Shown one piece after another: positions 52,589-61,500 of a DNA stretch of 64,000 nucleotides. The notes under the pieces were generated by a model. It ran no database searches and had not been told where the DNA came from. It was given only the letters and a program-made list of their open reading frames with translations. Both the position numbers and the translations under genes were made by a program. Source of the stretch: an uncultured Pseudomonadota bacterium (lineage in GTDB: Bacteria; Pseudomonadota; Gammaproteobacteria; Burkholderiales; Rhodocyclaceae); assembly GCA_903951825.1 (NCBI GenBank), contig CAJBDJ010000003.1, forward strand, positions 33,073 through 97,072, written 5' to 3'. The first letter of the stretch is position 1. Every line of letters begins with the position of its first letter.

Positions 52589-53119
52589 TTAAACAACACC
52601 GATGTCCCTAAAGTGAAGTGCATTAGCCAAGCTGGATCTGAGTTCAAGAGCCAAGTGGTGTTCCCAACGCCCACCAGAGTAATGCAACTGTTCGGTTCCA
52701 AAACGTGCCAGTTCAAGTGATCCATTTCTGCCGCTAAACGAAACGGAAATCCATAGTGGGCCGCTTCTACCGTAATTTACGTTCGCCAAAATAATCTCGT
52801 ACTTGTTGATCGGTTCTTCTCTGAATCTCGCTGGAATTGCAACGGCATAGTATTGACGAACAGTTCTGCTCGTTAAGTCAATTTCCGTAAGCGTAATTTT
52901 GGTGGCGTATGAGTGAATTGCAAGCAGCAAAAATAGAATAACGCCACCTAAGATGAAGTAGCGAAAATTACCTTCGGGAGATAAAAGATAGGCAGCAAGG
53001 ATTCCGATTGCTGCCAGCATGAATCGCAATCCAAGACCAATCCGTTCGCGAACGGATAGATTGTTCATCGGGATCTTGATTACCGATGTGTAAGTGTTTT
53101 GAGATACAGACGCGTTCAT
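52589..53119 (-). CDS. cassette ORF: 2-TM protein with beta-rich C-terminal domain, unknown function
   Basis: 176 aa with two TM helices (IGLGLRFMLAAIGILAAYLL, FILGGVILFLLLAIHSYA). GGGGA lies before the ATG. The TAA stop is 6 nt before the site b core. Confidence 0.6.
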   Translation of the reverse strand: MNASVSQNTYTSVIKIPMNNLSVRERIGLGLRFMLAAIGILAAYLLSPEGNFRYFILGGVILFLLLAIHSYATKITLTEIDLTSRTVRQYYAVAIPARFREEPINKYEIILANVNYGRSGPLWISVSFSGRNGSLELARFGTEQLHYSGGRWEHHLALELRSSLANALHFRDIGVV

Positions 53120-53125
53120 GATCCC

Positions 53126-53164
53126 CAGCGACCGGAGGGAGCGGGGTCGAGCGCCGAGTTAGCG
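53126..53164 (-). repeat. half attC-like site (R''-side only)
   Basis: The cassette strand CGCTAAC-TCGGCGCTCGACCCCGCTCCCTCCGGTCGCTGG aligns with the R'' half of site d (CCCAAC-CTGGCGCTCAACCCCGCTCCTTTCAGTCGCTGG). It then breaks off into the next ORF's RBS and ATG. Confidence 0.5.
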
Positions 53165-53632
53165 ATGAAAAAACGACGCATTTATAATGCTTTCTTTTGG
53201 GGTGAGCCGTTCGAGTGCAGAAGCCAACGTATCGAAATTCTCGTAGCCGTCAAATCTCAGGTTTTCTCCTGATGAGGTTTTGACCAGGATGGAGACCAGT
53301 TGGCCAGACTTGCGCTGTAGCCGAAGGTTCTTGATTTGAGAGAGGTCTACGATGACTTTGATATCTTTGTGGAGCACGGCAATTTTTCCGTTCGACTCAT
53401 CCAGTTCAAGGATTGGGTATGCAGCCTTTCCTTCCCTGATTCGTTTGTAGCTACCGAAAATTGGAGGGACGAATACAAGAAGGCCAATGATCGGAAAAAA
53501 CAGATCACCGATTTTCTCTGTACTCAGCACCTTTGCCACCAAGCCGGCGGAAACAACGGCGAGGAACAAGACCAGATAAATAGCCTTCCGGCTTTCTCGG
53601 CGTACATGTTCCGTGGAAACGTGGAATTCCAT
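53159..53632 (-). CDS. cassette ORF: 2-TM protein with PH-like beta-rich C-terminal domain, unknown function
   Basis: 157 aa with two TM helices, then ILELDESNGKIAVLHKDIKVIVDLSQIKNLRLQRK... The TAA stop lies inside the CGCTAAC core. Confidence 0.6.
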   Translation of the reverse strand: MEFHVSTEHVRRESRKAIYLVLFLAVVSAGLVAKVLSTEKIGDLFFPIIGLLVFVPPIFGSYKRIREGKAAYPILELDESNGKIAVLHKDIKVIVDLSQIKNLRLQRKSGQLVSILVKTSSGENLRFDGYENFDTLASALERLTPKESIINASFFHR

Positions 53633-53635
53633 AAT

Positions 53636-53702
53636 CGCTAACGTTTGAAATCACCGACCTGCGCGGCTTTTCGCGCAGATCCGGTGCATTGACGGGTTGA
53701 AC
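53636..53702 (-). repeat. attC-like site c
   Basis: The + strand reads CGCTAAC-gtttgaaatcaccgac-CTGCGCG-gctttt-CGCGCAG-atccggtgcattgacgg-GTTGAAC. The flanks are imperfectly complementary. Confidence 0.55.
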
Positions 53703-54062
53703 GAAGCCGCTACGCGGAGAAATCGCCCGGCTGCTGCCTCCGAATTATTCTGCATGTCGGCTCCTTCGTTGTGAAGGGAGCGATTCTGCAATATTTCGTG
53801 AGGACAACCGGTTCAGATCGTGGCTACGCACGATCTAACCTTAATCGTTAGCGAAGTAATCAGGTCGCGGACGCAAATCGCCCCGAAGAAACAGCACTTC
53901 CTCGTCCGGGCAAAAGCCCAGCATGACCGGTTGTAGTCCCGCAGTCCTTCACCTTCTCGCACCGACACGGCAGCCAATTGATGAACAGTACAAAAACAGG
54001 ATCAGGAATGAAACGATAAAACTTCAGAACGCTTGCAGAGAATGGGGAAGCCCTTGTAGTAG

Positions 54063-54133
54063 AGCTAACCGGCGCGGCTTTATCGCGCAGCATCCAGCGA
54101 CTGAAAGGAGCGGGGTTGAGCGCCAGGTTGGGC
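54063..54133 (-). repeat. attC-like site d
   Basis: The + strand reads AGCTAACCGGCGC...GCGCCAGGTTGGGC. The terminal arms are complementary with one bulged A. The core GCCCAAC follows the TGA of the 54135 ORF by 1 nt. Confidence 0.65.
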
Positions 54134-54134
54134 C

Positions 54135-54896
54135 TCATTTTTGCGTCGTTGTTTCTGTTTCGCGTGAGACGAAATATGGTATTGGCTGGCTTACGATCAG
54201 CAGACCGAACTGATCAGGGAGTAGTTCATTTAACACCAAGCAGATATGCCCTGCTAAATCCATTCCGGACAGAATGACTTTCGAGCGGGAAAATCCAGGA
54301 ATCTCGTTGCGAAGCTGATCCACGATTTTCTTCGCACTGTCTACTTGAGCAAAAGCCATAGGACCGCTCATTGCCTGACGAACAGCATGTAGGTCTTTGT
54401 CGATTTCCTTTTGGGTCGCAGCGGGTAGGCGCTCCGCGCCCCGAATCGCAAGAGTATATTGGTTGTCAGGTTTGTTCCAAATCAGTGTCGCTGACAGTCC
54501 TGACGGATTATTTGGATAATGCCTTATTATTTCGTAGTTGTTTACAAATGCTCGAGCAGCGTCTTTGTTAAATCGAAATGTCTGGTCTCCAGCGCACATA
54601 TCGTTTGATCTGCACTCTCCCTCAACAAGCCTTTGGATCACAGCATCCTTGTCGGCTAGGTCAATTCCATCGAGATATGAAGCAGCCACTATGAGCGTTT
54701 GCCCGAAAAACCCGATTGCGTCTTGCGACAGCCGAATGCTTTGCAAATTTGGATTGAGTGCAAACATCGTTGTACCGGGTAGAACAGGTGGGGTCGCCTT
54801 AGGATTCCATCGCATAAGTCCTGCTGCGATGGAAGAGGTGCTGACCATTAGAGCGACCAGGCATAGCAATAGAGTCTTTTGACGAAGCAAATTCAT
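54135..54896 (-). CDS. cassette ORF: secreted protein with degenerate lipase-class-3-like region
   Basis: 253 aa with signal peptide LLLCLVALMVSTSSIAAG. YTLAIRGAE...KVILSGMDLAGH resembles the lipase_3 layout, but the GHSLG nucleophile is replaced by GMDLA. GAGGA RBS. Confidence 0.55.
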   Translation of the reverse strand: MNLLRQKTLLLCLVALMVSTSSIAAGLMRWNPKATPPVLPGTTMFALNPNLQSIRLSQDAIGFFGQTLIVAASYLDGIDLADKDAVIQRLVEGECRSNDMCAGDQTFRFNKDAARAFVNNYEIIRHYPNNPSGLSATLIWNKPDNQYTLAIRGAERLPAATQKEIDKDLHAVRQAMSGPMAFAQVDSAKKIVDQLRNEIPGFSRSKVILSGMDLAGHICLVLNELLPDQFGLLIVSQPIPYFVSRETETTTQK

Positions 54897-54946
54897 TAGT
54901 GATCCTCAATAAAATAGTGCTAGAAGTCCGCGAGGCTCAACGACCG

Positions 54947-55006
54947 AATTAACCGGCGCGGCGCCGTAGGCGCAGCGTCCAGTGAGCGAAGCGAACGAGG
55001 TTAAAT
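54947..55006 (-). repeat. attC-like site e
   Basis: The + strand reads AATTAACCGGCGCGGC...GAGGTTAAAT. The left part is near-identical to site d (TAACCGGCGCGGC). An alternative right core is GTTAGCC at 55012-55018. Confidence 0.45.
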
Positions 55007-55026
55007 GTATTGTTAGCCATTTGACG

Positions 55027-55752
55027 CTATTCCCGATCAACCTTTGTGCGGGCTGCCGAAATTATTTCTTTCTTTCTGGATTCGTATTCTTCATCGGAAG
55101 CAAAATCCGGAAATATGGTTGGGTGGCTAACCATAACATTAACTATGTTTCCCATGGGGATTTGCGTAAATTCTACACCTTCTAGTTTATAAATTTTCTC
55201 AGTGTAGCTTGGAAGAATTGCGCATTGCCACCTATCTCCCGTTCTGTGATCATTGCTTCGGTTGCGCTTTTGAAGGCTTGCGAACGTAAATCCAAAAGCC
55301 GCAAGTTTTTTTCTTTTTGATTGGGGGAGGTTATTAAACTCAAAAAGTTGTCTTTGGATTAGAGGAATCCATTGATCTGAAATTTTCTTTGCTTCGACTT
55401 GATCTTTGCACCTAGCGCCTTCAATTCTAAGAATTAGCTCGGCTGTGAATGCCATGGCCAGCGCGGTATCTTTTACCGATGGGGCTTGAGGATTTCCCAA
55501 TAAGGCAGAGTAGGTTACAAAATACCTACTATCCACTCCGCCAAAGGCCGTAATTCTGTCTCTAAGCCAATTCAAAGTTGCCATATACTCCTCTTCCGAT
55601 TTGGGGTTCATAGCCTCTCGGAAAAGAGAAAATTTATGCCACGTTTGCTCTTCTCTGTTTAAGGTTTCAATCTTGGAGCTTTGGGAAAAAGCAAGTGTTG
55701 GAATAACTAGAGCAATGCAGGAGATAATTTTACGATAGTGAGTGCTAGTCAT
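55027..55752 (-). CDS. cassette ORF: secreted protein of unknown function
   Basis: 241 aa with signal peptide IISCIALVIPTLAFSQS and an AGGAAG RBS. I recognise no family. Confidence 0.6.
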   Translation of the reverse strand: MTSTHYRKIISCIALVIPTLAFSQSSKIETLNREEQTWHKFSLFREAMNPKSEEEYMATLNWLRDRITAFGGVDSRYFVTYSALLGNPQAPSVKDTALAMAFTAELILRIEGARCKDQVEAKKISDQWIPLIQRQLFEFNNLPQSKRKKLAAFGFTFASLQKRNRSNDHRTGDRWQCAILPSYTEKIYKLEGVEFTQIPMGNIVNVMVSHPTIFPDFASDEEYESRKKEIISAARTKVDRE

Positions 55753-55772
55753 TTTGCTTCCTGTTTTGAGAT

Positions 55773-55875
55773 GGCTAACGAATGAAATGGACTTCCCCGT
55801 CCCGAATTAACGGCGGAAGCCGCCGGCAGCGGTTGCTGCCATGATTGAGTTTCCAGACCAAATCATTCGTTCGAC
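55773..55875 (-). repeat. attC-like site Y (long form, contains repeat copy Y)
   Basis: The + strand reads GGCTAACGAATGA...TCATTCGTTCGAC, with 9-bp perfectly complementary ends (AACGAATGA and TCATTCGTT). Internal hairpins are CGGCGG-aag-CCGCCG and GGCAGC-ggtt-GCTGCC. Confidence 0.6.
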
Positions 55876-55886
55876 AGGGGAAGTCC

Positions 55887-56045
55887 ATGAATATTGTCAC
55901 CGTTGGCATTGATCTTGCCAAGAATGTATTCGCTTTGCCTGGTGTTGACCAGAGTGGCAGGGCTGTTTTTAGCTGACCCAACCGCTGCGTCGGTGATCTG
56001 CTGGTTCACGCTGATCGCCTGCACTTGTAGCTGAGGTAAGATGCC
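55887..56045 (+). pseudogene. 5' remnant of an IS110-family transposase gene
   Basis: MNIVTVGIDLAKNVFALPGVDQSGRAVFS* matches the conserved IS110-family N-terminus (VGIDLAKxVF...GVD). After a frameshift, ...VICWFTLIACTC weakly continues the match. About 50 of roughly 340 codons remain. Confidence 0.6.
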
Positions 56046-56053
56046 CTCTGCGC

Positions 56054-56629
56054 ATGTCTAACGGGAGCCATACCATCGTGTCGATCATCCTCACCCTCGT
56101 TACCACGGCCAACCGGACACGCCGCTTCAAACAGTCCGATCCGCAACGCATCACTGAAATCCTCGAGAGTCTCGGGCGTTGCGCGCAATTATTCAGCCAG
56201 CGCAGCTTGGTCGTTGCCGCCGATCACAGCACGCATATTTTTTCGCCGGCCTCGCTGACGCGCATCGAAATCGAAACATCGACCGACCTCACGCCTTATC
56301 TGCCAGCTGGGAGCAATGTCACACTTCGTGCCCTGGCGCTCGGCGAGGCGATTCCGGAGATCGAGATCAACGACACGCTGATCTCGGTGCCGATCGATTT
56401 GTTTTTTGAAGGCGGCGACACTCTCTCGATGTGGCTCGACAACAACCGTCCGGCGGATGCCATCGAGCGCACCATGCGAATTTCCCGACTTTTCGAGCAG
56501 CCGGTTCTCATTTATCGGCCGACAACCCCCGGTATCGGCCTGATCAACCCGCAGGCAATGACACGCGCCGCAGTCGGCGCCGCGCTTCCGGATGTTCCGG
56601 CGGGCAGCTGGTACGCCAGCGAGGGCTGA
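56054..56629 (+). CDS. hypothetical protein
   Basis: 191 aa, GC-rich like the core genome. The stop overlaps the dgkA ATG (ATGA). I recognise no family. Confidence 0.5.
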   Translation: MSNGSHTIVSIILTLVTTANRTRRFKQSDPQRITEILESLGRCAQLFSQRSLVVAADHSTHIFSPASLTRIEIETSTDLTPYLPAGSNVTLRALALGEAIPEIEINDTLISVPIDLFFEGGDTLSMWLDNNRPADAIERTMRISRLFEQPVLIYRPTTPGIGLINPQAMTRAAVGAALPDVPAGSWYASEG

Positions 56630-57003
56630 TGACTTCCGCGCAGGAATTCAAGGGCAAGAAAGGGCTGCTGCGCCTGTGGAATGCGCTGGGCTATTCGCGC
56701 GACGGGATAGCTGCCGCTTGGCGGCATGAAGCGGCTTTCCGCGAGGAAGTGCTGTTGGCCGTAGTGACTATCCCGCTCGCCTTTTATCTGGGCAAAACTG
56801 GCGTCGAGCGTGCCTTGCTGGTCAGCAGCGTTCTTCTGATCCTGATCGTCGAAATCCTCAATTCGGCAATTGAAGCCGTCGTCGATAAAGCCTCGCCGGA
56901 AAAACACGACCTCGCCAAACGCGCCAAGGACATGGGCAGCGCCGCCGTTTTATTCAGCCTGCTCAACGCCGCGGCGGTTTGGCTCTGCATCCTCTGGCCT
57001 TGA
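56629..57003 (+). CDS. dgkA: diacylglycerol kinase
   Basis: The internal ATG of ORF 56431..57003 gives ...GLLRLWNALGYSRDGIAAAWRHEAAFREE...VEILNSAIEAVVD..., canonical DgkA. 124 aa. Confidence 0.9.
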   Translation: MTSAQEFKGKKGLLRLWNALGYSRDGIAAAWRHEAAFREEVLLAVVTIPLAFYLGKTGVERALLVSSVLLILIVEILNSAIEAVVDKASPEKHDLAKRAKDMGSAAVLFSLLNAAAVWLCILWP

Positions 57004-57042
57004 CTCGCTGACCCGCATCGGTAAGCGCGTATCGAATCGCCA

Positions 57043-58329
57043 TCAGTTGGCCGCTTGCTCACTGTTGTCAGCGAGCACGACGCGATTGCGCCCTTGGTGC
57101 TTGGCTTTGTAGAGCGCTTCATCGGCCCGATTCAATGCCTGCTCAAGCGAGCACCGACTGGCATCGGCGAGACCAATGCTCAGGGTGATGCGCAAGACGT
57201 TGCCATCGGGCAGCCGAATATCGTGTTCGGAAAAACGCTGCCGAAAACGCTCGGCCAATACCTGTACCTCATCAAGCGTGCTTTCGGGAAAGACGAAAGC
57301 GAATTCCTCGCCGCCGTAACGACAGACGAGATCGGTCTGCCGCACGCTGTCAAGCAACAAGTGGGCAAACGCCTTGAGAACAGTGTCGCCGGCAGCATGG
57401 CCGTGCGTGTCATTGACCCGTTTGAAAAAGTCGAGATCAGCCATGCCGACCGTCACCGGCCGGTCGTAACGATGCGCACGTACCAGTTCGGCATCGGCCT
57501 GAACCATGAAAAAACGCCGGTTGTTGAGGCCGGTGAGTTCATCACGATGGGCGAGATTCTCCATTTCATGGCGCGCCCGCTCATTGTCGACGAGCGAAGC
57601 GTGCAGTCGCCGGCTGGCTTCCTCGATCGAAAATATCTCGACCAGCGGCGTCGCCACAAACTCGGGAACCGGCCTTTCCATGCTCAATTCTGACAACTCG
57701 TGATCGATGGTTTGCAGAGGATCGATCAGGTACTTGCGCAGCAGATAAACGAGCAGCAGCAAAAATGCGGCGACCATGACCAACGCCGTCAGCAACTTGA
57801 TGCGGGCGTTTTGCATCGAGCGTTCGACCCCGGCGAGACCGTCGGAGATGATGTCGCCGCCCTTGATTCCTGCATCATTGACCAGCAGGCTGAGGAGGTT
57901 GTCGATGACTTTCCATTCTGCCTGGAGCTTTTTGAATGAGGCCGGATCTTCACTGAGCTGCTGCCCGGCCTTGACCAGAAACTTTTCGGTTTCGACGGCC
58001 AGGGTAGATGCCTGCTGCCCGTCCTGCATGTTCGGATGTCGGGCCAGCATGGTCGCAACAAAGAGCGCCTGCTGCCGCGACTCCGGCGAATCGGCCTCAA
58101 ACAGGCGCGTGCCTTCGTGCCGCAATTGCTCAATCGTGCGTGCCAGACGATGAAAACGGATGATCTGCGGCACGGTTTCCTGCTTCAGGCGCTTGGTCGC
58201 CTCGACCACTTGTTGTTGATCGAGAGAAAGCAGGGCGACGGTTGCTCCAAAGAGCAAGGCAAAGCCGCCGGCCAGCAGGCCGAAAAACTGGCTGGCGCGA
58301 AAACGCGAGTTTGGCGAGCCGATGTTCAC
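57043..58329 (-). CDS. membrane-anchored diguanylate cyclase (GGDEF)
   Basis: 428 aa with an N-terminal TM and sensor region, a second TM plus HAMP-like segment, and C-terminal RYGGEEF. Confidence 0.9.
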   Translation of the reverse strand: MNIGSPNSRFRASQFFGLLAGGFALLFGATVALLSLDQQQVVEATKRLKQETVPQIIRFHRLARTIEQLRHEGTRLFEADSPESRQQALFVATMLARHPNMQDGQQASTLAVETEKFLVKAGQQLSEDPASFKKLQAEWKVIDNLLSLLVNDAGIKGGDIISDGLAGVERSMQNARIKLLTALVMVAAFLLLLVYLLRKYLIDPLQTIDHELSELSMERPVPEFVATPLVEIFSIEEASRRLHASLVDNERARHEMENLAHRDELTGLNNRRFFMVQADAELVRAHRYDRPVTVGMADLDFFKRVNDTHGHAAGDTVLKAFAHLLLDSVRQTDLVCRYGGEEFAFVFPESTLDEVQVLAERFRQRFSEHDIRLPDGNVLRITLSIGLADASRCSLEQALNRADEALYKAKHQGRNRVVLADNSEQAAN

Positions 58330-58568
58330 AATCGATTCCGAACCAGGGGGGACAAAAGGTGGCGCATCAGCTCACCCGAAATGGCGAAAAAACAGGCCAC
58401 AACGGACGGCGACAGCAAGCACCGAATGCCTCGGGCTGGAGATCGCCTTACCAACGGCAGGGCGGCAAATGCTTGAACGGGGAAGGAACCAACGAGCATG
58501 TAAACCTCGGTCAGTCGACGCTTTCGAGTATATCCCAGGCGTTCGCCGCGTGTTTGATCGCGTGCAAT

Positions 58569-61500
58569 TCAGCCCGCGCATGGCAGCTCGACAAGTTTTG
58601 CCTGCAGCGGGTAATAAATCGCCAGTCGCAAGGGCAAGCCGCCATCGGCAAAAAGGCGTGCGTAGCGTTCAAGTTGCGGACGATGCATTTCGGCACGTTG
58701 CGCTAATAACTCAGCGCTGGCCAGCTCTGCCAGTTGCAGGGTTTTGTAGTCGACAATCCAGCGTACGCCGGCGGCGACAAAAGTGCGGTCAATCACCTGG
58801 TTGAGCGCCGCCTGTTCGCTGCGCATCGACCAGGCGGCTTCCGCCGCCTGTTCGCTGCGCATCGACCAGGCGGCTTCCGCCGCCGCCTCGTCGTGGCGCC
58901 CGAGCAGCCAGCGTCCCGCCGCGCAAGCGAGCGTTCTTGTCACCGCCTCAATGACGGTTTGCGCGCCGCTGGCGGCGTCGCCGGCGGCCAGCCCCTGTTC
59001 TGCCAGCCAGCGTCGATAGGCCGGTTGCAAGGAATGCACGCGCGCATCCGTCCACGCGTCCAGCCCGTCGCGGGCGATCAGTTGCAGGGCGCGATGAACG
59101 AGAGTGCCAACGGCTGCCTGCAGACGGCTCTCGTCCGCCTCGGCCAGATTCCGGTTGTTCGCCGCTGGCGCGGGGAAGGCGTTTTGGCGAAAAGCATCGA
59201 CGCTCAGCGGGTGCGATAAACGTAACAATGGGGGAACGAAAGTCGCCTCATCGACGACAGGCGGCGGCGCGGCGCTAACGCCATCCGCTGCCAGACGGGC
59301 TTGAAAGGCGGCGCGCGCCATCGGCGTCCACAGCAATTCAAGCAAGCTGCCGCTGACCGGCGCCTTGAAGCCGTCGTCCTTATCGGCATCGACGACGGCG
59401 GCAGCGAGCAGATGCAGGCTGCGCACGGCGCGGGTCGCGGCGACATAGAGCAGTCGCTCGCTTTCGTGGGCGCTGCGTCCGTTTTCCAGACGCCGCAAAT
59501 AATCGCCGGCGCTGGCCGTTTCGCGTCCCGCCGCCGGTGCCGGCAAGGGAGCCACCAGCAGATGTTCGCGGCCATCGGCCATAATCACCTGATCCCAGCG
59601 CAACAAGTCAGCGGCGCTCTTGTGGGTGTCGCGCTGGAGTCCGGGAACGATAACGGTGCCAAACTCCAGCCCCTTGGATTTGTGAATCGTCATCATCTGC
59701 AAGCCGTCACCGGCCAGCGGGTCGGGAGGGGCAAAGAGGCTGGCCGCTCGGCTGTGCAGATTCTCGGGCGTCAGCGTGCCGGCGGCGACGAGTTCATCGA
59801 CGAGGGCAAAAAAAGCCTCGACGTCGGCGAGTTGCGCCGCCGATTCCAGGCAGCGGGGGCCGCCAAGCATCAACCAGACGGCCTCGATCCAGCGCCGGGC
59901 ATGTTGCCGTCCGCGTTGGGCGAGCGCCTCGGCGAGTATCTCGCGAACCTGCCGCAGGCGGCATTGCCCGTCCTCGCTCAGGCGCTCGACACGAGCCGCG
60001 TCCTGCATCAACTGCCAGATCGTGCTGGCATGGTCGTCGGCACAGAGGGCGTGCAAGTCGGCCAGCGTCAGGCCGCACCAGGGCGCTCGCAGCAAGGCCA
60101 GCCAATTGACCCGATCCGCCCGCTGGAGCAGGGCGCTGGCGAGAATGAGCAGATCCTGGACATGCTGACGGTGGGCCAGTCCTTCGATTTCGAGCGCCTG
60201 GAAGCGCTCCTCCGGTGCCACCCGGCGCAGCTTGGCGACGAGCGCCGTCAAATGGCGGCGGGCGCGAACAAGAACGGCGATGCTTTCCTGCGGATGGTCG
60301 CGGCGCGTCGCCAGAATGATCTGGACGATTTTTTCGGCTTCGATCTCGGTGGCGTGCTCCAGGTTATCGACGATGATCGGGTGAAAGTGCACCCCGCTGT
60401 CGCTCGCCGCCGCCCGTGTCGCCAGCGACGGCGCGTAGCGCACGGCACCCCGCTGCGGGTCGTCGGCGGGCGGGAAAATCTGCGGAAAGACCGCGTTGAC
60501 CCAGCCGACAATCGCCGGAAACGATCGGTTGTTGCGCACCAGGCGGAGGTTTTCGAGGCTGATCGCGCCGATGCCGTTTTGCCGCACCCGCAGGAAAAGC
60601 CCGACATCGGCCTTGCGGAAGCGATAGATCGACTGCATGGGATCGCCGACCACGAACAGGCTGCGGCCATCGCCGGGCATCCAGCCGCGCGTCAGTTGCT
60701 TGAGGAGTTCGACCTGCACTGGGCTGGTGTCTTGAAATTCGTCGACCAGCAAATGCGAAATTCGGTAATCGAGCGCTTGCGCCAGATCGCTGGGCGCGTC
60801 CTCATCACCCAGCGCCAGGCTGGCGCGGGCAGCGATTTCGATGAAATCAACCTCGCCGCCTTCCTGAAAGGCCAGCCACAGTTGCCCGGCGGCCAGGCGC
60901 AGGAGTTGCGAGAAGGTTTCGACAGTCGCCCATTCGGCGTCGCTCAATGCTGGCGCCGGCAAATTCAGACTGGCGCCGAGCGCCGCTTCGAGACCCGCTA
61001 CCTGCTCCAGATCGTCCATGACGGCAGAGAGAGCGTCCTTGTCGGGCTTTCCCGCCGCGCCGGGCGGGAAGCCTTCCTTGATGGTGAAAAGCTTGCGCCA
61101 GGCACCGCGGCCGGTCAGCAGCAACCCGGCCAGCGTCTGCCAGCGGCGCAGGTCGCCCTGCTCGCCGGCGCATGGTGCCTCCCAGTCGAGCAGGGCGGCC
61201 AGCCGCTGCGGCTGGTTGGCGGCGGCAAAACGCAGCGGCGGCATCAGGCGCCTTTGCAGCGATGGCGGCAGGAGCGCCGCCAGCTCAGCGAGATCGCGAG
61301 CAATCAGTTCGCCGAAACCGGCATTCACCTCGTCGCGCAGAGCCGCATCGCCCATCCGGTGAGTTTGTCCGATCCACTGATCGCGCCGCGCCAGCAGGGC
61401 AACGATCAGTTTTTCAAGGCGCCCGGCGTGGTTGTCCATGAAATCGAGCGCCGCCGCCACCACCTCGGCGTTCGCCGTCCCTTCTTCAACCATGGCCAGC

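Noticed and set aside
53860-54213. Track ORFs 53860..54138 (-) and 53923..54213 (+) as cassette genes
   Set aside because: Both need to read across attC-like site d into the neighbouring cassette and have no RBS. The unit is more plausibly ORF-less.
56054-56629. Possible integron integrase or recombinase next to the cassette array
   Set aside because: The 191 aa product has none of the tyrosine-recombinase R..HxxR..Y pattern. It is GC-rich like the core genome and is translationally coupled to dgkA.
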